Source: a virus | IMG/VR virus record: IMGVR_UViG_3300005077_000007 | Span: 15,249-79,248 of that record | Length of the DNA: 64,000 nt | Reading direction: 5' to 3' (one strand) | Shown here: in pieces, positions 39,897 to 48,556 of the stretch | How the letters are laid out: each line of letters begins with the position of its first letter | Numbering within the stretch: the stretch's first letter is position 1 | Program-made: the position numbers and the translations under genes | Notes under the pieces: model-generated | Seen by the model: only the letters and a program-made list of their open reading frames with translations | Database searches by the model: none | What the model was told of the DNA's origin: nothing

Positions 39897-40352
39897 ATGG
39901 ACATTGACACTTATCAATCGCTTGCTCTACGAACAAGTAAGTTTCCCGGTGGGAATGGAGATTTCCCTTACGTCGTTTTTGGCGTTCTCGGTGAAATTGG
40001 CGAAGCAATAAGTTGCGTGCTAGATGCCGTACATAAGGATTTAATAAAAATGCGTGGCACGCATACTCCCGAATATCTATCCGAAATAAGGTTCGTTCAA
40101 CAAATTCTCTGGAAAATTGAGCTGAGAAAGAAAGAAATGCGCACTAAGGCAGTGCAGTGTTCATCGGTTCTTAACGGGGATGGCGTAGAGCGTAGTCACG
40201 AAATAGAAAAATTCAAAAAAGATCTCATGCTTGAAATAGGTGATATATTCTGGTATCTTGCTGCTTTATCTAGTTCATTTGGGATTAACCTTTCGGACGC
40301 TCTTGAGGAAAACATTAATAAGCTAGCCAAAAGACATAATGTGCTTGTTTAA
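39897..40352 (+). CDS. MazG-like nucleotide pyrophosphohydrolase
   Basis: YQSLALRT, GEIGE, EIGDIFWYLA, NINKLAKR. Confidence 0.85.
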   Translation: MDIDTYQSLALRTSKFPGGNGDFPYVVFGVLGEIGEAISCVLDAVHKDLIKMRGTHTPEYLSEIRFVQQILWKIELRKKEMRTKAVQCSSVLNGDGVERSHEIEKFKKDLMLEIGDIFWYLAALSSSFGINLSDALEENINKLAKRHNVLV

Positions 40353-40370
40353 GTTGAAGGTAGATATAAG

Positions 40371-40592
40371 ATGGTCATTAAGATTCCAAGAAAACACACG
40401 GTTGCCGCCCCGATCGGAAAAAGAGGCATGAAGCCAAGGCCAACAACCGAAAAACGTACCCTTATTGCAAGAGTAAAGGAAGTTGGTGTACCACCTGATG
40501 GGTGGCAACCTGGTATGCCACTTGACGTACCGACAAAAATCATAAAAAAAACATGCAATAGGGTGAACATGGTCGGAAAACTATCATTTTAG
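40371..40592 (+). CDS. Small basic hypothetical protein
   Basis: Co-oriented ORF in the operon. Confidence 0.45.
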   Translation: MVIKIPRKHTVAAPIGKRGMKPRPTTEKRTLIARVKEVGVPPDGWQPGMPLDVPTKIIKKTCNRVNMVGKLSF

Positions 40593-40603
40593 GATGAATA
40601 GGT

Positions 40604-40864
40604 ATGTTGATTCAAAAGGCGCAGGAAGATCAAGCCCCAACCGGATTGAGGGTAAGGTTTCCGAACTCAAATTTTTCAATTCAGTTCGATTCTATTCTTG
40701 AGTATGCAATTTTTGCTGCTACCCAGGACGTGAATCGGTGCATTCAAGAACAATTGGGAAATGCAGACGAATTGACCGAAAAAATATCAAATGTTCTGAG
40801 AGAATCCTTTTGGGCATCGATTAGTATGTTCATAGGACCATATTCGCAAAAAGGAGACGAGTGA
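40604..40864 (+). CDS. Hypothetical protein
   Basis: Co-oriented ORF in the operon. Confidence 0.5.
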   Translation: MLIQKAQEDQAPTGLRVRFPNSNFSIQFDSILEYAIFAATQDVNRCIQEQLGNADELTEKISNVLRESFWASISMFIGPYSQKGDE

Positions 40865-41064
40865 TGATGACTCTAGGGGAAAAGCTACCAGCATGGTTCA
40901 AAACAGTGCCGTACGAAATCAATGAGGTTGGTTCTAGTGATGCCGATGAGTATGATGGCTTAGATGATGATGAGTTTTGCCATTGCGATGATGACGACCA
41001 TAAGAGCGCGGGTTCAATTGTCGTAATAAAGGCATTGAACGATTGGTCAGAAACCGGCAATTAA
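40861..41064 (+). CDS. Small acidic hypothetical protein
   Basis: SD AAGGAG, overlapping start. Confidence 0.45.
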   Translation: MMMTLGEKLPAWFKTVPYEINEVGSSDADEYDGLDDDEFCHCDDDDHKSAGSIVVIKALNDWSETGN

Positions 41065-41133
41065 TATATTCATGCCATAAGCGATAACCGTGGCGTACTG
41101 AGTGCGCCACGGTTATTTCTTCAAAGAAACATC

Positions 41134-41901
41134 ATGGAAAAATCGCCCCAAAACATTCTTATTGTTGGTGATATACATGGAGACATCGGCTTGCTTTCGG
41201 CAATTGGCGATTGGGCCATCGAGCGCGAGTTGCATATTGTATTGCTTGGTGATCTTGTAGATAGTTTTCGTTTTAACATCATGGATCAGCTCGATTGCGT
41301 ACAGACCGCATTGACATGGGTTGATGATGGGCGCGCTACCCTCATTGCCGGAAATCATGAAATGAGTTATATTTACGATAGCCAGCAATGCTCAGGATAC
41401 AATACGGCCCTTGCCGCGCACCTTTTCCCGCTTCGTAATAAACTTCTTCGTGCTATGAAACCGTGCGTGTGGTTGCCTAACATCGCACTCTTAATTACGC
41501 ACGCCGGGGTGGATAGTCGCCTGTGGTTAAAGCATATTAATACGTTAGGAATGTATACTCCGGTATACGAAATCCTCGACGAAGCAATGAGGAAAGAGGG
41601 GTCATGGTTTTATCAAGTAGGGCGCTCCCGTTGTGGTACGGGAGCGTATGGGGGGCCGCTTTGGTGCGACTGGAGTAATGAATTTACCCCCATTGATGGT
41701 ATCCGTCAGGTCGTTGGTCATACTGCAACGGTGGCGGGAAGTTACCGTCCGGTCAAGGGATTCAGCGAACAATGGCATGGATCGTTACGGCATGATGCGT
41801 TCAAGCATAATTGGAATATTGACGGGCTTCAAACGGATACATACGTTTTGCGTTGCTGCATCAGTAGCGGTGAGCTCATTCCGGTAAAAATAGATACATG
41901 A
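41134..41901 (+). CDS. Calcineurin-like metallophosphoesterase
   Basis: GDIHG, GDLVD, GNHE, THAG, VGHT motifs. Confidence 0.9.
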   Translation: MEKSPQNILIVGDIHGDIGLLSAIGDWAIERELHIVLLGDLVDSFRFNIMDQLDCVQTALTWVDDGRATLIAGNHEMSYIYDSQQCSGYNTALAAHLFPLRNKLLRAMKPCVWLPNIALLITHAGVDSRLWLKHINTLGMYTPVYEILDEAMRKEGSWFYQVGRSRCGTGAYGGPLWCDWSNEFTPIDGIRQVVGHTATVAGSYRPVKGFSEQWHGSLRHDAFKHNWNIDGLQTDTYVLRCCISSGELIPVKIDT

Positions 41902-41919
41902 TTACTTAAGGATTATAAT

Positions 41920-42162
41920 ATGAAAAGCCCCCTTCTGAGAAATACCGTTCTCGAGCGATTCAAGCGCATACAGGAAGAAAGAAAAAAGTTATTCCATTTC
42001 GTCAATACGAAAGACGAGGAGGCAATTATACATTTTATCGAAGATTCCATACGATTAGCGAATGCGTACAACAATAATTTGGGAAATGTACTTAAAACAG
42101 ATCAGATAGGTAAGGGGTGGGTAGAATCATTGCGGGCGGTTGTCGGACGAAGGATTTGGTAA
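41920..42162 (+). CDS. Hypothetical protein
   Basis: Co-oriented ORF with an SD. Confidence 0.45.
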   Translation: MKSPLLRNTVLERFKRIQEERKKLFHFVNTKDEEAIIHFIEDSIRLANAYNNNLGNVLKTDQIGKGWVESLRAVVGRRIW

Positions 42163-42211
42163 GGGATTTCCAACAGCAAACAAACACCTCATGAATTAAG
42201 GATAACGTGAG

Positions 42212-42673
42212 ATGATTAATTTCGAACACCTCAAGCACGTATATATGGTAACCGTGACGATTCCAGACGAACCATCTCCGTGCTTTGCGGAAATGGAAAT
42301 TGCCGTATATGCCGAAGAGAGCATGGCACGCTTGCATGTCAATCGCGTGAAGGAATTTCACGAAATGCTCATCGGTAATTATGCACAAAAATGGCTTGAG
42401 TGCGAATCGCCTAATATACATGATCCGATTCGTCAAGAAATCCTTAGTCTTATTGTCGATAACCCACTTGACCCATTTATTCTGACTAATTTTACTAAGG
42501 ATTCTATCGTAGAGCATTCGGAGGTAGAAGGGAAACTTTCGGCATGGGTAATTGCTGGGATTGATGATTTTTTTACCCTCCCTCGGGCATATGGGTACCG
42601 GGAGGTACAGATTAATCATATTGTTCCAGATATTCCAAGCAATATGTGTCGAACTAGGCTTAAGAATAATTAA
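42212..42673 (+). CDS. Hypothetical protein
   Basis: Co-oriented ORF. Confidence 0.5.
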   Translation: MINFEHLKHVYMVTVTIPDEPSPCFAEMEIAVYAEESMARLHVNRVKEFHEMLIGNYAQKWLECESPNIHDPIRQEILSLIVDNPLDPFILTNFTKDSIVEHSEVEGKLSAWVIAGIDDFFTLPRAYGYREVQINHIVPDIPSNMCRTRLKNN

Positions 42674-42708
42674 ACTTTCCCCTAACGATTATTTCATAAA
42701 CTGGAGGA

Positions 42709-43020
42709 ATGAATATGCCAATTGTAACAATGAAGAGTAACGAAAAAGTGCTTCTTACAATGGTGACAAAGGACTCAAAGGGAAACGTTGTCCCAAAAGT
42801 TGATCCGATTACTTGGTCAACCGCACACCCATCTATTCTTAGATTATCCGCAAACGGTGTGCTGAGTGATACGCAGTGGGTCTATGCTCAGGGGCCAGTT
42901 GGTATTGGTGATGTAACAGTAACGGATGGAAATGGCCTCGTCAAAACTGTTCAGGTGGAGGTCGTCGCTGGGGTAGCATCGGTCATTGACGTGACCGCTG
43001 GCGCCCCATCGCAAGGGTAA
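42709..43020 (+). CDS. Stand-alone Ig-like (Big_2-like) domain protein
   Basis: KDSKGN..ITWSTAHPSI..VTVT..VEVVAG beta pattern; SD GGAGG. Confidence 0.6.
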   Translation: MNMPIVTMKSNEKVLLTMVTKDSKGNVVPKVDPITWSTAHPSILRLSANGVLSDTQWVYAQGPVGIGDVTVTDGNGLVKTVQVEVVAGVASVIDVTAGAPSQG

Positions 43021-43045
43021 TAAAAAAAAATCGTTAGGGGGTTAC

Positions 43046-43089
43046 GGGCGTGACATCGATTTGCTATCATAGGAATGGGTGTCACGCCC
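43046..43089. repeat. 12-bp inverted repeat upstream of/overlapping a membrane-protein gene
   Basis: GGGCGTGACATC ... GGTGTCACGCCC. Confidence 0.6.
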
Positions 43090-43350
43090 ATGAACTTTTA
43101 TTGGATGCTTATCATGCAGGATATATTTGTTATTGCATTAGGTATATGCATGTTCCTGTATGCATGGAAGAGAAGATTTGATGGAAAGCATTATCGGAAA
43201 CACGCTATTATTCACGGCGCCGGTATAACTATTACGTTTATCTGGCTTATTACTTTAATTTCCCTTCGACCTACTACCGAGATGGAAATTCCTAAAAAAG
43301 AAAAAATCATCAATCAAAGCATAGATAATACCGCATCCTCGATACGATAA
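43075..43350 (+). CDS. Small two-TM membrane protein
   Basis: Two hydrophobic segments separated by a basic loop. Confidence 0.5.
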   Translation: MGVTPMNFYWMLIMQDIFVIALGICMFLYAWKRRFDGKHYRKHAIIHGAGITITFIWLITLISLRPTTEMEIPKKEKIINQSIDNTASSIR

Positions 43351-43357
43351 CTACATC

Positions 43358-45322
43358 ATGCAGTTACCAACGGTCGTATCGTTATTTTCTGGTATTGGGG
43401 CCTTTGACCTTGCGGCACAAAGGGCTGGGTTCAAAACGGTTGCGTTTTCGGAGATATGCCCATTTGCAATTCGAGTATTCAAGCGTCATTGGCCCAATGC
43501 TATTGGGTTAGGCGATATTCGGCTCCTGCACGGCCAAGCGATTTGTGAAATAGCGGGTCGTGTCGATGTGATGACGGCGGGATTTCCGTGCTTTACCGCT
43601 GGGCATCTCGTCCTGACGGAACGAGGATACGCACCGATAGAATCGCTCTCGGTCGGGGACCGAGTTGTCACGCATCGTGGTCGATTACGACCAATTGTCC
43701 GTGTTGGTTCGGCGATTAAGCCTGTTGGGCTGCTGAAAGGTAGTGGAATCCGGGTCGGGCATACGGTCACGCTTGACCATCCATATCTGGCTGTCGATTG
43801 GCGTATGCAGAGCACGCGGAGACAAAACAAGGCTATACGCATCGAACACGTCGGAAATGAGCAGTGGGTAGCGGCGTCCGAAATGGTGGGAAAGCAGTGG
43901 TGCGCCCTTACCGAGTATCAACCCGTCGAAGCAGGTAGCCCAACGCCACGGCTTACGCCTCGGCAGGCAATGTTACTTGCGGGGATGTACTTGGGCGATG
44001 GCTGGGTGGGTGGGTATCGAACGAAACGGAAAAAGGTCGTCCTTCTGGCCCTCAATGACCGCAAGTATGAATTCTTTCTCGCACACTTCCCCGGAGTGCC
44101 GCACTTCCGAACGAACGACCGTACCTGTCGAAAAACTATTCTTTGCGATACCAACCTGGCGGAATGGTTGATCGACCAGTTTGGTAAGGGGGCGGCAAAT
44201 AAGCGCATTCCCGCATGGGTGCTCGGGCACCCTGACCGCGATGCCCTGATGCAGGGATACGTCGCTACGGATGGATGCTTCAAGGGCAAGGGCGCGGGTG
44301 TGTCGATTACGACGATTTCTTCGGCGCTTGCTTTTGGGTTCTGTGATCTCTCGGTATCGCTCGGTTTCGTCGCGTCATGTAACGTGCATAACGTAGGGCC
44401 GATGAAGGTGATCGAGGGCCGAACGGTGAACCAACGTCCATTTTGGACGGCACTTGCCATTCCACGCTGGAAGTCGATCAGATCGCGCGTGTATCACGGG
44501 AAACTCTTGCGGGGCATTAGGTCATTCACGCCGTGCGGCGAACGCACGGTTTATAACATCGAGGTCGCCGACGATCATAGCTATGTTGTCCAGGGCGCTA
44601 TTGTTCATAACTGTCAAGATATATCTGTGGCCGGAAAACGATTAGGGTTGGATGGTGGGAATCGTAGTGTATTATTCTACGAGATTATGCGTCTCGTAAG
44701 GGAGATGACAACATATGGGCAGCCGCCAAGGTTCCTTGTTCTCGAAAATGTCCCAGCCCTTCTCTTCAGCGGAGGGGGGAAAGACTTCAGTAGCATTATC
44801 AACTCGATACGAAAATGCGGGGCGCTTGACATTGCGTGGAGAGTTCTGGACGGTCGATATGCCGGAGTACCTCAACAAAGACGACGACTGTTCATTGTCG
44901 CAGATTTTAGAAAAGAATGTGCCGGAAAAGTTCTTTTTGACCAAAATCAGGTGTTTGGGGATCATGAAAGCCATACAAATAAGAAAAAAATCTCCACCGA
45001 AGATCGTATGGAGCGCCTTGTTGAACAAGACGGAACAGTGACGACTTTATGGCCGCGAATAGCAAAAACCTGCACGCGCCGCGACTATAAAGGCCCTCGC
45101 AACGAGGAAATGCAGTGTACGATTGTCATGCACCACGTCAATGACGACAAAGAATGGTATACGATTCGTCGTTTAACGCCAACAGAATTCGCTCGACTCA
45201 TGGGATTTCCGGATGATTGGATCACGGAAGAGAGTGATACAAAAATGTATCAATTATATGGAAACTCTGCCGTTGTTCCATTATTAGAGCAAATCTTTAC
45301 CAGAATTCATATGGAATTATAA
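43358..45322 (+). CDS. C5 cytosine DNA methyltransferase containing an intein
   Basis: Motif I LFSGIG, IV GFP|CQD, VI LENV, VIII QQRRR, X LYGNS. Confidence 0.92.
   Translation: MQLPTVVSLFSGIGAFDLAAQRAGFKTVAFSEICPFAIRVFKRHWPNAIGLGDIRLLHGQAICEIAGRVDVMTAGFPCFTAGHLVLTERGYAPIESLSVGDRVVTHRGRLRPIVRVGSAIKPVGLLKGSGIRVGHTVTLDHPYLAVDWRMQSTRRQNKAIRIEHVGNEQWVAASEMVGKQWCALTEYQPVEAGSPTPRLTPRQAMLLAGMYLGDGWVGGYRTKRKKVVLLALNDRKYEFFLAHFPGVPHFRTNDRTCRKTILCDTNLAEWLIDQFGKGAANKRIPAWVLGHPDRDALMQGYVATDGCFKGKGAGVSITTISSALAFGFCDLSVSLGFVASCNVHNVGPMKVIEGRTVNQRPFWTALAIPRWKSIRSRVYHGKLLRGIRSFTPCGERTVYNIEVADDHSYVVQGAIVHNCQDISVAGKRLGLDGGNRSVLFYEIMRLVREMTTYGQPPRFLVLENVPALLFSGGGKDFSSIINSIRKCGALDIAWRVLDGRYAGVPQQRRRLFIVADFRKECAGKVLFDQNQVFGDHESHTNKKKISTEDRMERLVEQDGTVTTLWPRIAKTCTRRDYKGPRNEEMQCTIVMHHVNDDKEWYTIRRLTPTEFARLMGFPDDWITEESDTKMYQLYGNSAVVPLLEQIFTRIHMEL
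43589..44611 (+). mobile_element. Intein (341 aa) with LAGLIDADG homing endonuclease at the MTase catalytic PC motif
   Basis: Starts CFTAGHLV, ends YNIEVADDHSYVVQGAIVHN then CQD; GMYLGDG and GYVATDG motifs; visibly GC-richer than its flanks. Confidence 0.92.
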
Positions 45323-45642
45323 TGTTCAATCTCGCGGAATACATTTGGGCATTAGCGGCAGCCTTTTCGGTTGTCAGTAATGAAATGCTCTTCGTCGTTT
45401 TGGGCAATTGGATTCGACACTGGTATATTTTTTGCCCACTCGCTATTGTATCAAATTATTTGATCTTCAGGCTTGTCTCGACATCAGCCTCGCTCATAGA
45501 GGCATTAGTGACATTTTCACTCTGCGTGTCGTTGCTCAGACTTGCGGCAACGGCCTTGCTCAATCAACCAATAACGAGGGGAGCTTTGGTTGCATTTGCG
45601 CTGCTTATGGTTGCAAACGTCATCAAGGCCATCCGGCTTTAA
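45322..45642 (+). CDS. Small four-TM membrane protein (SMR/EamA-like size)
   Basis: 106 aa, almost entirely hydrophobic. Confidence 0.55.
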   Translation: MFNLAEYIWALAAAFSVVSNEMLFVVLGNWIRHWYIFCPLAIVSNYLIFRLVSTSASLIEALVTFSLCVSLLRLAATALLNQPITRGALVAFALLMVANVIKAIRL

Positions 45643-45777
45643 CGGACTAATTCGTCAGAAAAAGCATCGTTGGACATACCTAGCCCCGTGTGCTACCATG
45701 ACGTATAGTGGAGATTCAAAAAGGATCGAATTCATTCGAAAGCAGCTAATAAAAAGGGGGTGATACCTACGCCATGC

Positions 45778-45828
45778 AAAGGGAAAGACAAGGAAAAGGG
45801 GAAAGGAAAGGGAAAGGGAAAAGGAAAG
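45778..45828 (+). repeat. Purine-rich GGAAAG-type tandem tract
   Basis: About 51 nt with a single pyrimidine. Confidence 0.8.
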
Positions 45829-45841
45829 TAAGGTCAATATA

Positions 45842-46387
45842 ATGAAAAAAAACAGCATACTCCCATATCAGCAAATCTCCGTTGATTTCATGATTGTCAA
45901 TTCAGAAACACTGGATGGTTTCTGGTTTGTAACGTGGATCGAAAAGGATAGTAATGAAAAAATATCTCTTCAAAGCCGAAGCTTCGACAAGGGGTATCTT
46001 GCGGCAGTGTTCGTTGGTGAATTAACCGAACGATTTTCATCTGTTTGTAATAAGCAACTTGAAAATAAAAACGAGCTAAATTCGACAAAAACAGTTTCAT
46101 TTCCATCGTTGATGAACGATGAGCCCAAACCCGATACAAACATTACCTCAACAGGGCGGCATCTTATCAGAAAATTCGCCTTTGACCAGTATGTTGAGCA
46201 TGGCGGGCCTGTGCATATTGAAACAATATGCCGAAAATTAAACCTGCCAGAAAACACCCTATTACTCGAACTGCCATCAGCCTGGAGATACGGGAAATTT
46301 ATCGTACCAGATCATGCTGCAATTACGCGAGAAATTGCAATTTTACACCGTGAGGTTGAAGTAATGCGTGATGGGGTAGTGTCGTGA
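45842..46387 (+). CDS. Hypothetical protein
   Basis: Co-oriented ORF. Confidence 0.5.
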   Translation: MKKNSILPYQQISVDFMIVNSETLDGFWFVTWIEKDSNEKISLQSRSFDKGYLAAVFVGELTERFSSVCNKQLENKNELNSTKTVSFPSLMNDEPKPDTNITSTGRHLIRKFAFDQYVEHGGPVHIETICRKLNLPENTLLLELPSAWRYGKFIVPDHAAITREIAILHREVEVMRDGVVS

Positions 46388-46440
46388 GGTTGTTTTTTAG
46401 TCAATTATGGTTAAGGCTATTATATGGAAGGGGATAATGT

Positions 46441-46992
46441 ATGAAAATTAAATATATCATTGTTGGCTTTACGTTGTTTTGTGCAAATCAGGCTATCGCG
46501 CAATATTGCCGTATTGACGCGCAATGTGTTCCACCGCAAGTTTGTCGGTATGGTCGGTGTTCGTTGAGGCCAGTCCCCACATATACCGCCACACGAACTG
46601 CTACGGTTGGCGGTGGCGGAACAAATCCGTGTATTGGCTTTGGGTGTCCACCATATTATCCGCCGACCAAAACCCCAACAATGGTATCCGGCGGTGGTGG
46701 TGGCGGTGGCGGTGGTACGGTTCCAACCGTTGCTATTGGGACACGTACCCCAACTAAAACAAAGGCCCCGACCGGAACCCCGACACCAACGTCAACAAGG
46801 GGAAAGACTTCAACACCGACTCCGACCTCACCCACAAAGCAACTTGGTGATCGATGCGTTTCTGACCGTGAGTGCGAGCCGTTTGGGTATTGCACTGGCG
46901 TATGTACCCAAAAAGGTCGGGCTGGTTTTTATTGTAATCGTAATGCTATGTGCGCTTCACCGCTAACTTGCATAAGTAATGTTTGTCGATAG
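46441..46992 (+). CDS. Secreted Cys-rich protein with a Gly/Thr-Pro linker
   Basis: Signal ending AIA|QY; CxxDxxC-type modules at both ends. Confidence 0.75.
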   Translation: MKIKYIIVGFTLFCANQAIAQYCRIDAQCVPPQVCRYGRCSLRPVPTYTATRTATVGGGGTNPCIGFGCPPYYPPTKTPTMVSGGGGGGGGGTVPTVAIGTRTPTKTKAPTGTPTPTSTRGKTSTPTPTSPTKQLGDRCVSDRECEPFGYCTGVCTQKGRAGFYCNRNAMCASPLTCISNVCR

Positions 46993-47008
46993 TTGGAGTG
47001 TATCTATA

Positions 47009-47419
47009 ATGAAAACATTGCTCTTTCTTGTGAATATATTGTGCGCATCCATAGCATACGGGCAGGGTGTTTTAAAAGTTGACGAAGCGTTTATTTACTA
47101 TGCTGTCCTTCCAGACCGAAATAACGATCTTCCGGTAAATGCCGTAATGCTTCGTGTTCGTGTTGATCCGCCATTTGCTGTTCGCCAGACCGGTATTAGA
47201 CCGCCAAGCCGTTGCTACGGAACATATGGCGCTATGGGATTAGATGGAAGATATACTATTATTCTCATATGTCCAGACAGGAAAGTTATTGGTCCAATTG
47301 CGGAATTTGTTTTCACCGGTACGCGACCGGTTGATCTTGCAACTGTGACGTTTGAGAGTTGTTCTTCGGAAGAAACCAGCATAAAGTGTCCTAATCCAAT
47401 TACGCTAACTGTGAAATAA
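47009..47419 (+). CDS. Secreted beta-sandwich protein, possibly cohesin-like
   Basis: Signal ending AYG|QG; about 115-aa beta-rich mature domain with Cys pairs. Confidence 0.45.
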   Translation: MKTLLFLVNILCASIAYGQGVLKVDEAFIYYAVLPDRNNDLPVNAVMLRVRVDPPFAVRQTGIRPPSRCYGTYGAMGLDGRYTIILICPDRKVIGPIAEFVFTGTRPVDLATVTFESCSSEETSIKCPNPITLTVK

Positions 47420-47429
47420 GGCGATAAAC

Positions 47430-47714
47430 ATGATTTTCGTCGAAATTTTCGTTGTTTTATTTTGCGTTTCTGTATATGTATATGCCATTGGTGGTATGCA
47501 TCTTGCAGAAAAGAAAATGCTCGATGGGATAAAAATAGCTAATCAAGCATACATAGCATTTTCAAAAATCAAGGCGCTTTCATCAGAGGATATTACGCGC
47601 GATAGGCAATCGATAAATCGTGAAATATGGCTTATTTCTGACGATATGGCCCAAATATGCCAAAAACACTGCTTAAATGACGATAATTCATCGAAATTGA
47701 CCGAAAATGTATGA
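47430..47714 (+). CDS. N-terminally anchored small protein
   Basis: Hydrophobic N-terminus. Confidence 0.45.
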   Translation: MIFVEIFVVLFCVSVYVYAIGGMHLAEKKMLDGIKIANQAYIAFSKIKALSSEDITRDRQSINREIWLISDDMAQICQKHCLNDDNSSKLTENV

Positions 47715-47762
47715 AATTTGCCCTAAAAACGGCAAATATATCAAAAAAAAGGACTTGCGAGT

Positions 47763-48317
47763 ATGACAAATTCGCCAATCATTAACGTATTTCAACTGCC
47801 CGTAATAAAGGAAATCATTCAACCAGTTCTCGATAAATATAAATCAAGGAAGCTGATTGGACTGCCAAATCAAGATATTATTACCCTTATCCGTGAACAA
47901 GGATTGCGCGTAAGAATCGATCATTTTCGAGTGTTCTATCCGTGCATTCTTCCGCAAGCAGCCGAGGCTGTCGTGGCGAAGAAAACGGAAATTCTCACGT
48001 CACAGAGCCTCGACTTTCGATACGAATTGTCTCCACAGGGAGGGGCAACGCAGATTCGTATTTATCCGTGGCCGCAACCCGACATCGAATTCGGTAAGGA
48101 AGTTGGAATTTGGACGGCATCGTTTTGCCGACCAAACGAACAGTATTGTAAAAAGCTAGGCGTCCGTCTATGCCTAACAAGAGCATTGCATTATTTAACT
48201 ACCGGTGAAAGCACTAACATTCCTATTTCTGTCAAGAGCGAAGTTTCTTACTTCGAGCCAGGGGGGTCGAGTGAAGAATATACTTACATGGTTCAAGAAA
48301 GTCCTAACGCAGATTAG
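47763..48317 (+). CDS. Hypothetical protein
   Basis: Co-oriented ORF; C-terminal ASFCRPNEQYCKKLGVRLCLTRAL motif. Confidence 0.5.
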   Translation: MTNSPIINVFQLPVIKEIIQPVLDKYKSRKLIGLPNQDIITLIREQGLRVRIDHFRVFYPCILPQAAEAVVAKKTEILTSQSLDFRYELSPQGGATQIRIYPWPQPDIEFGKEVGIWTASFCRPNEQYCKKLGVRLCLTRALHYLTTGESTNIPISVKSEVSYFEPGGSSEEYTYMVQESPNAD

Positions 48318-48556
48318 TTCTTTACGGAAAGCCGTTAGGGAGAAAAAAGAAATGCTCCGTGTTGTTATTGAATACGCAGACGGCATAGCCGGTCGAAAGT
48401 ACCGATGGCTATTGTACGAAGGGGATATATTAATTCATACCAAGGGTAATTTCCAATCATACGAAGAAGCGTTGAGTAATTTTCGTCAAGAAACGGAATA
48501 TGTTATCGACTTTCATTCGCGTGAAGCATGATCTTCTGAGTAAAGGGGAGGTATGT

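Noticed and set aside
42324-42336. TGGCACG-C-TTGCA as a fourth sigma-54 site
   Set aside because: Spacer is 1 nt instead of 4 and the site is inside a CDS; the GG-N10-GC spacing is strict.
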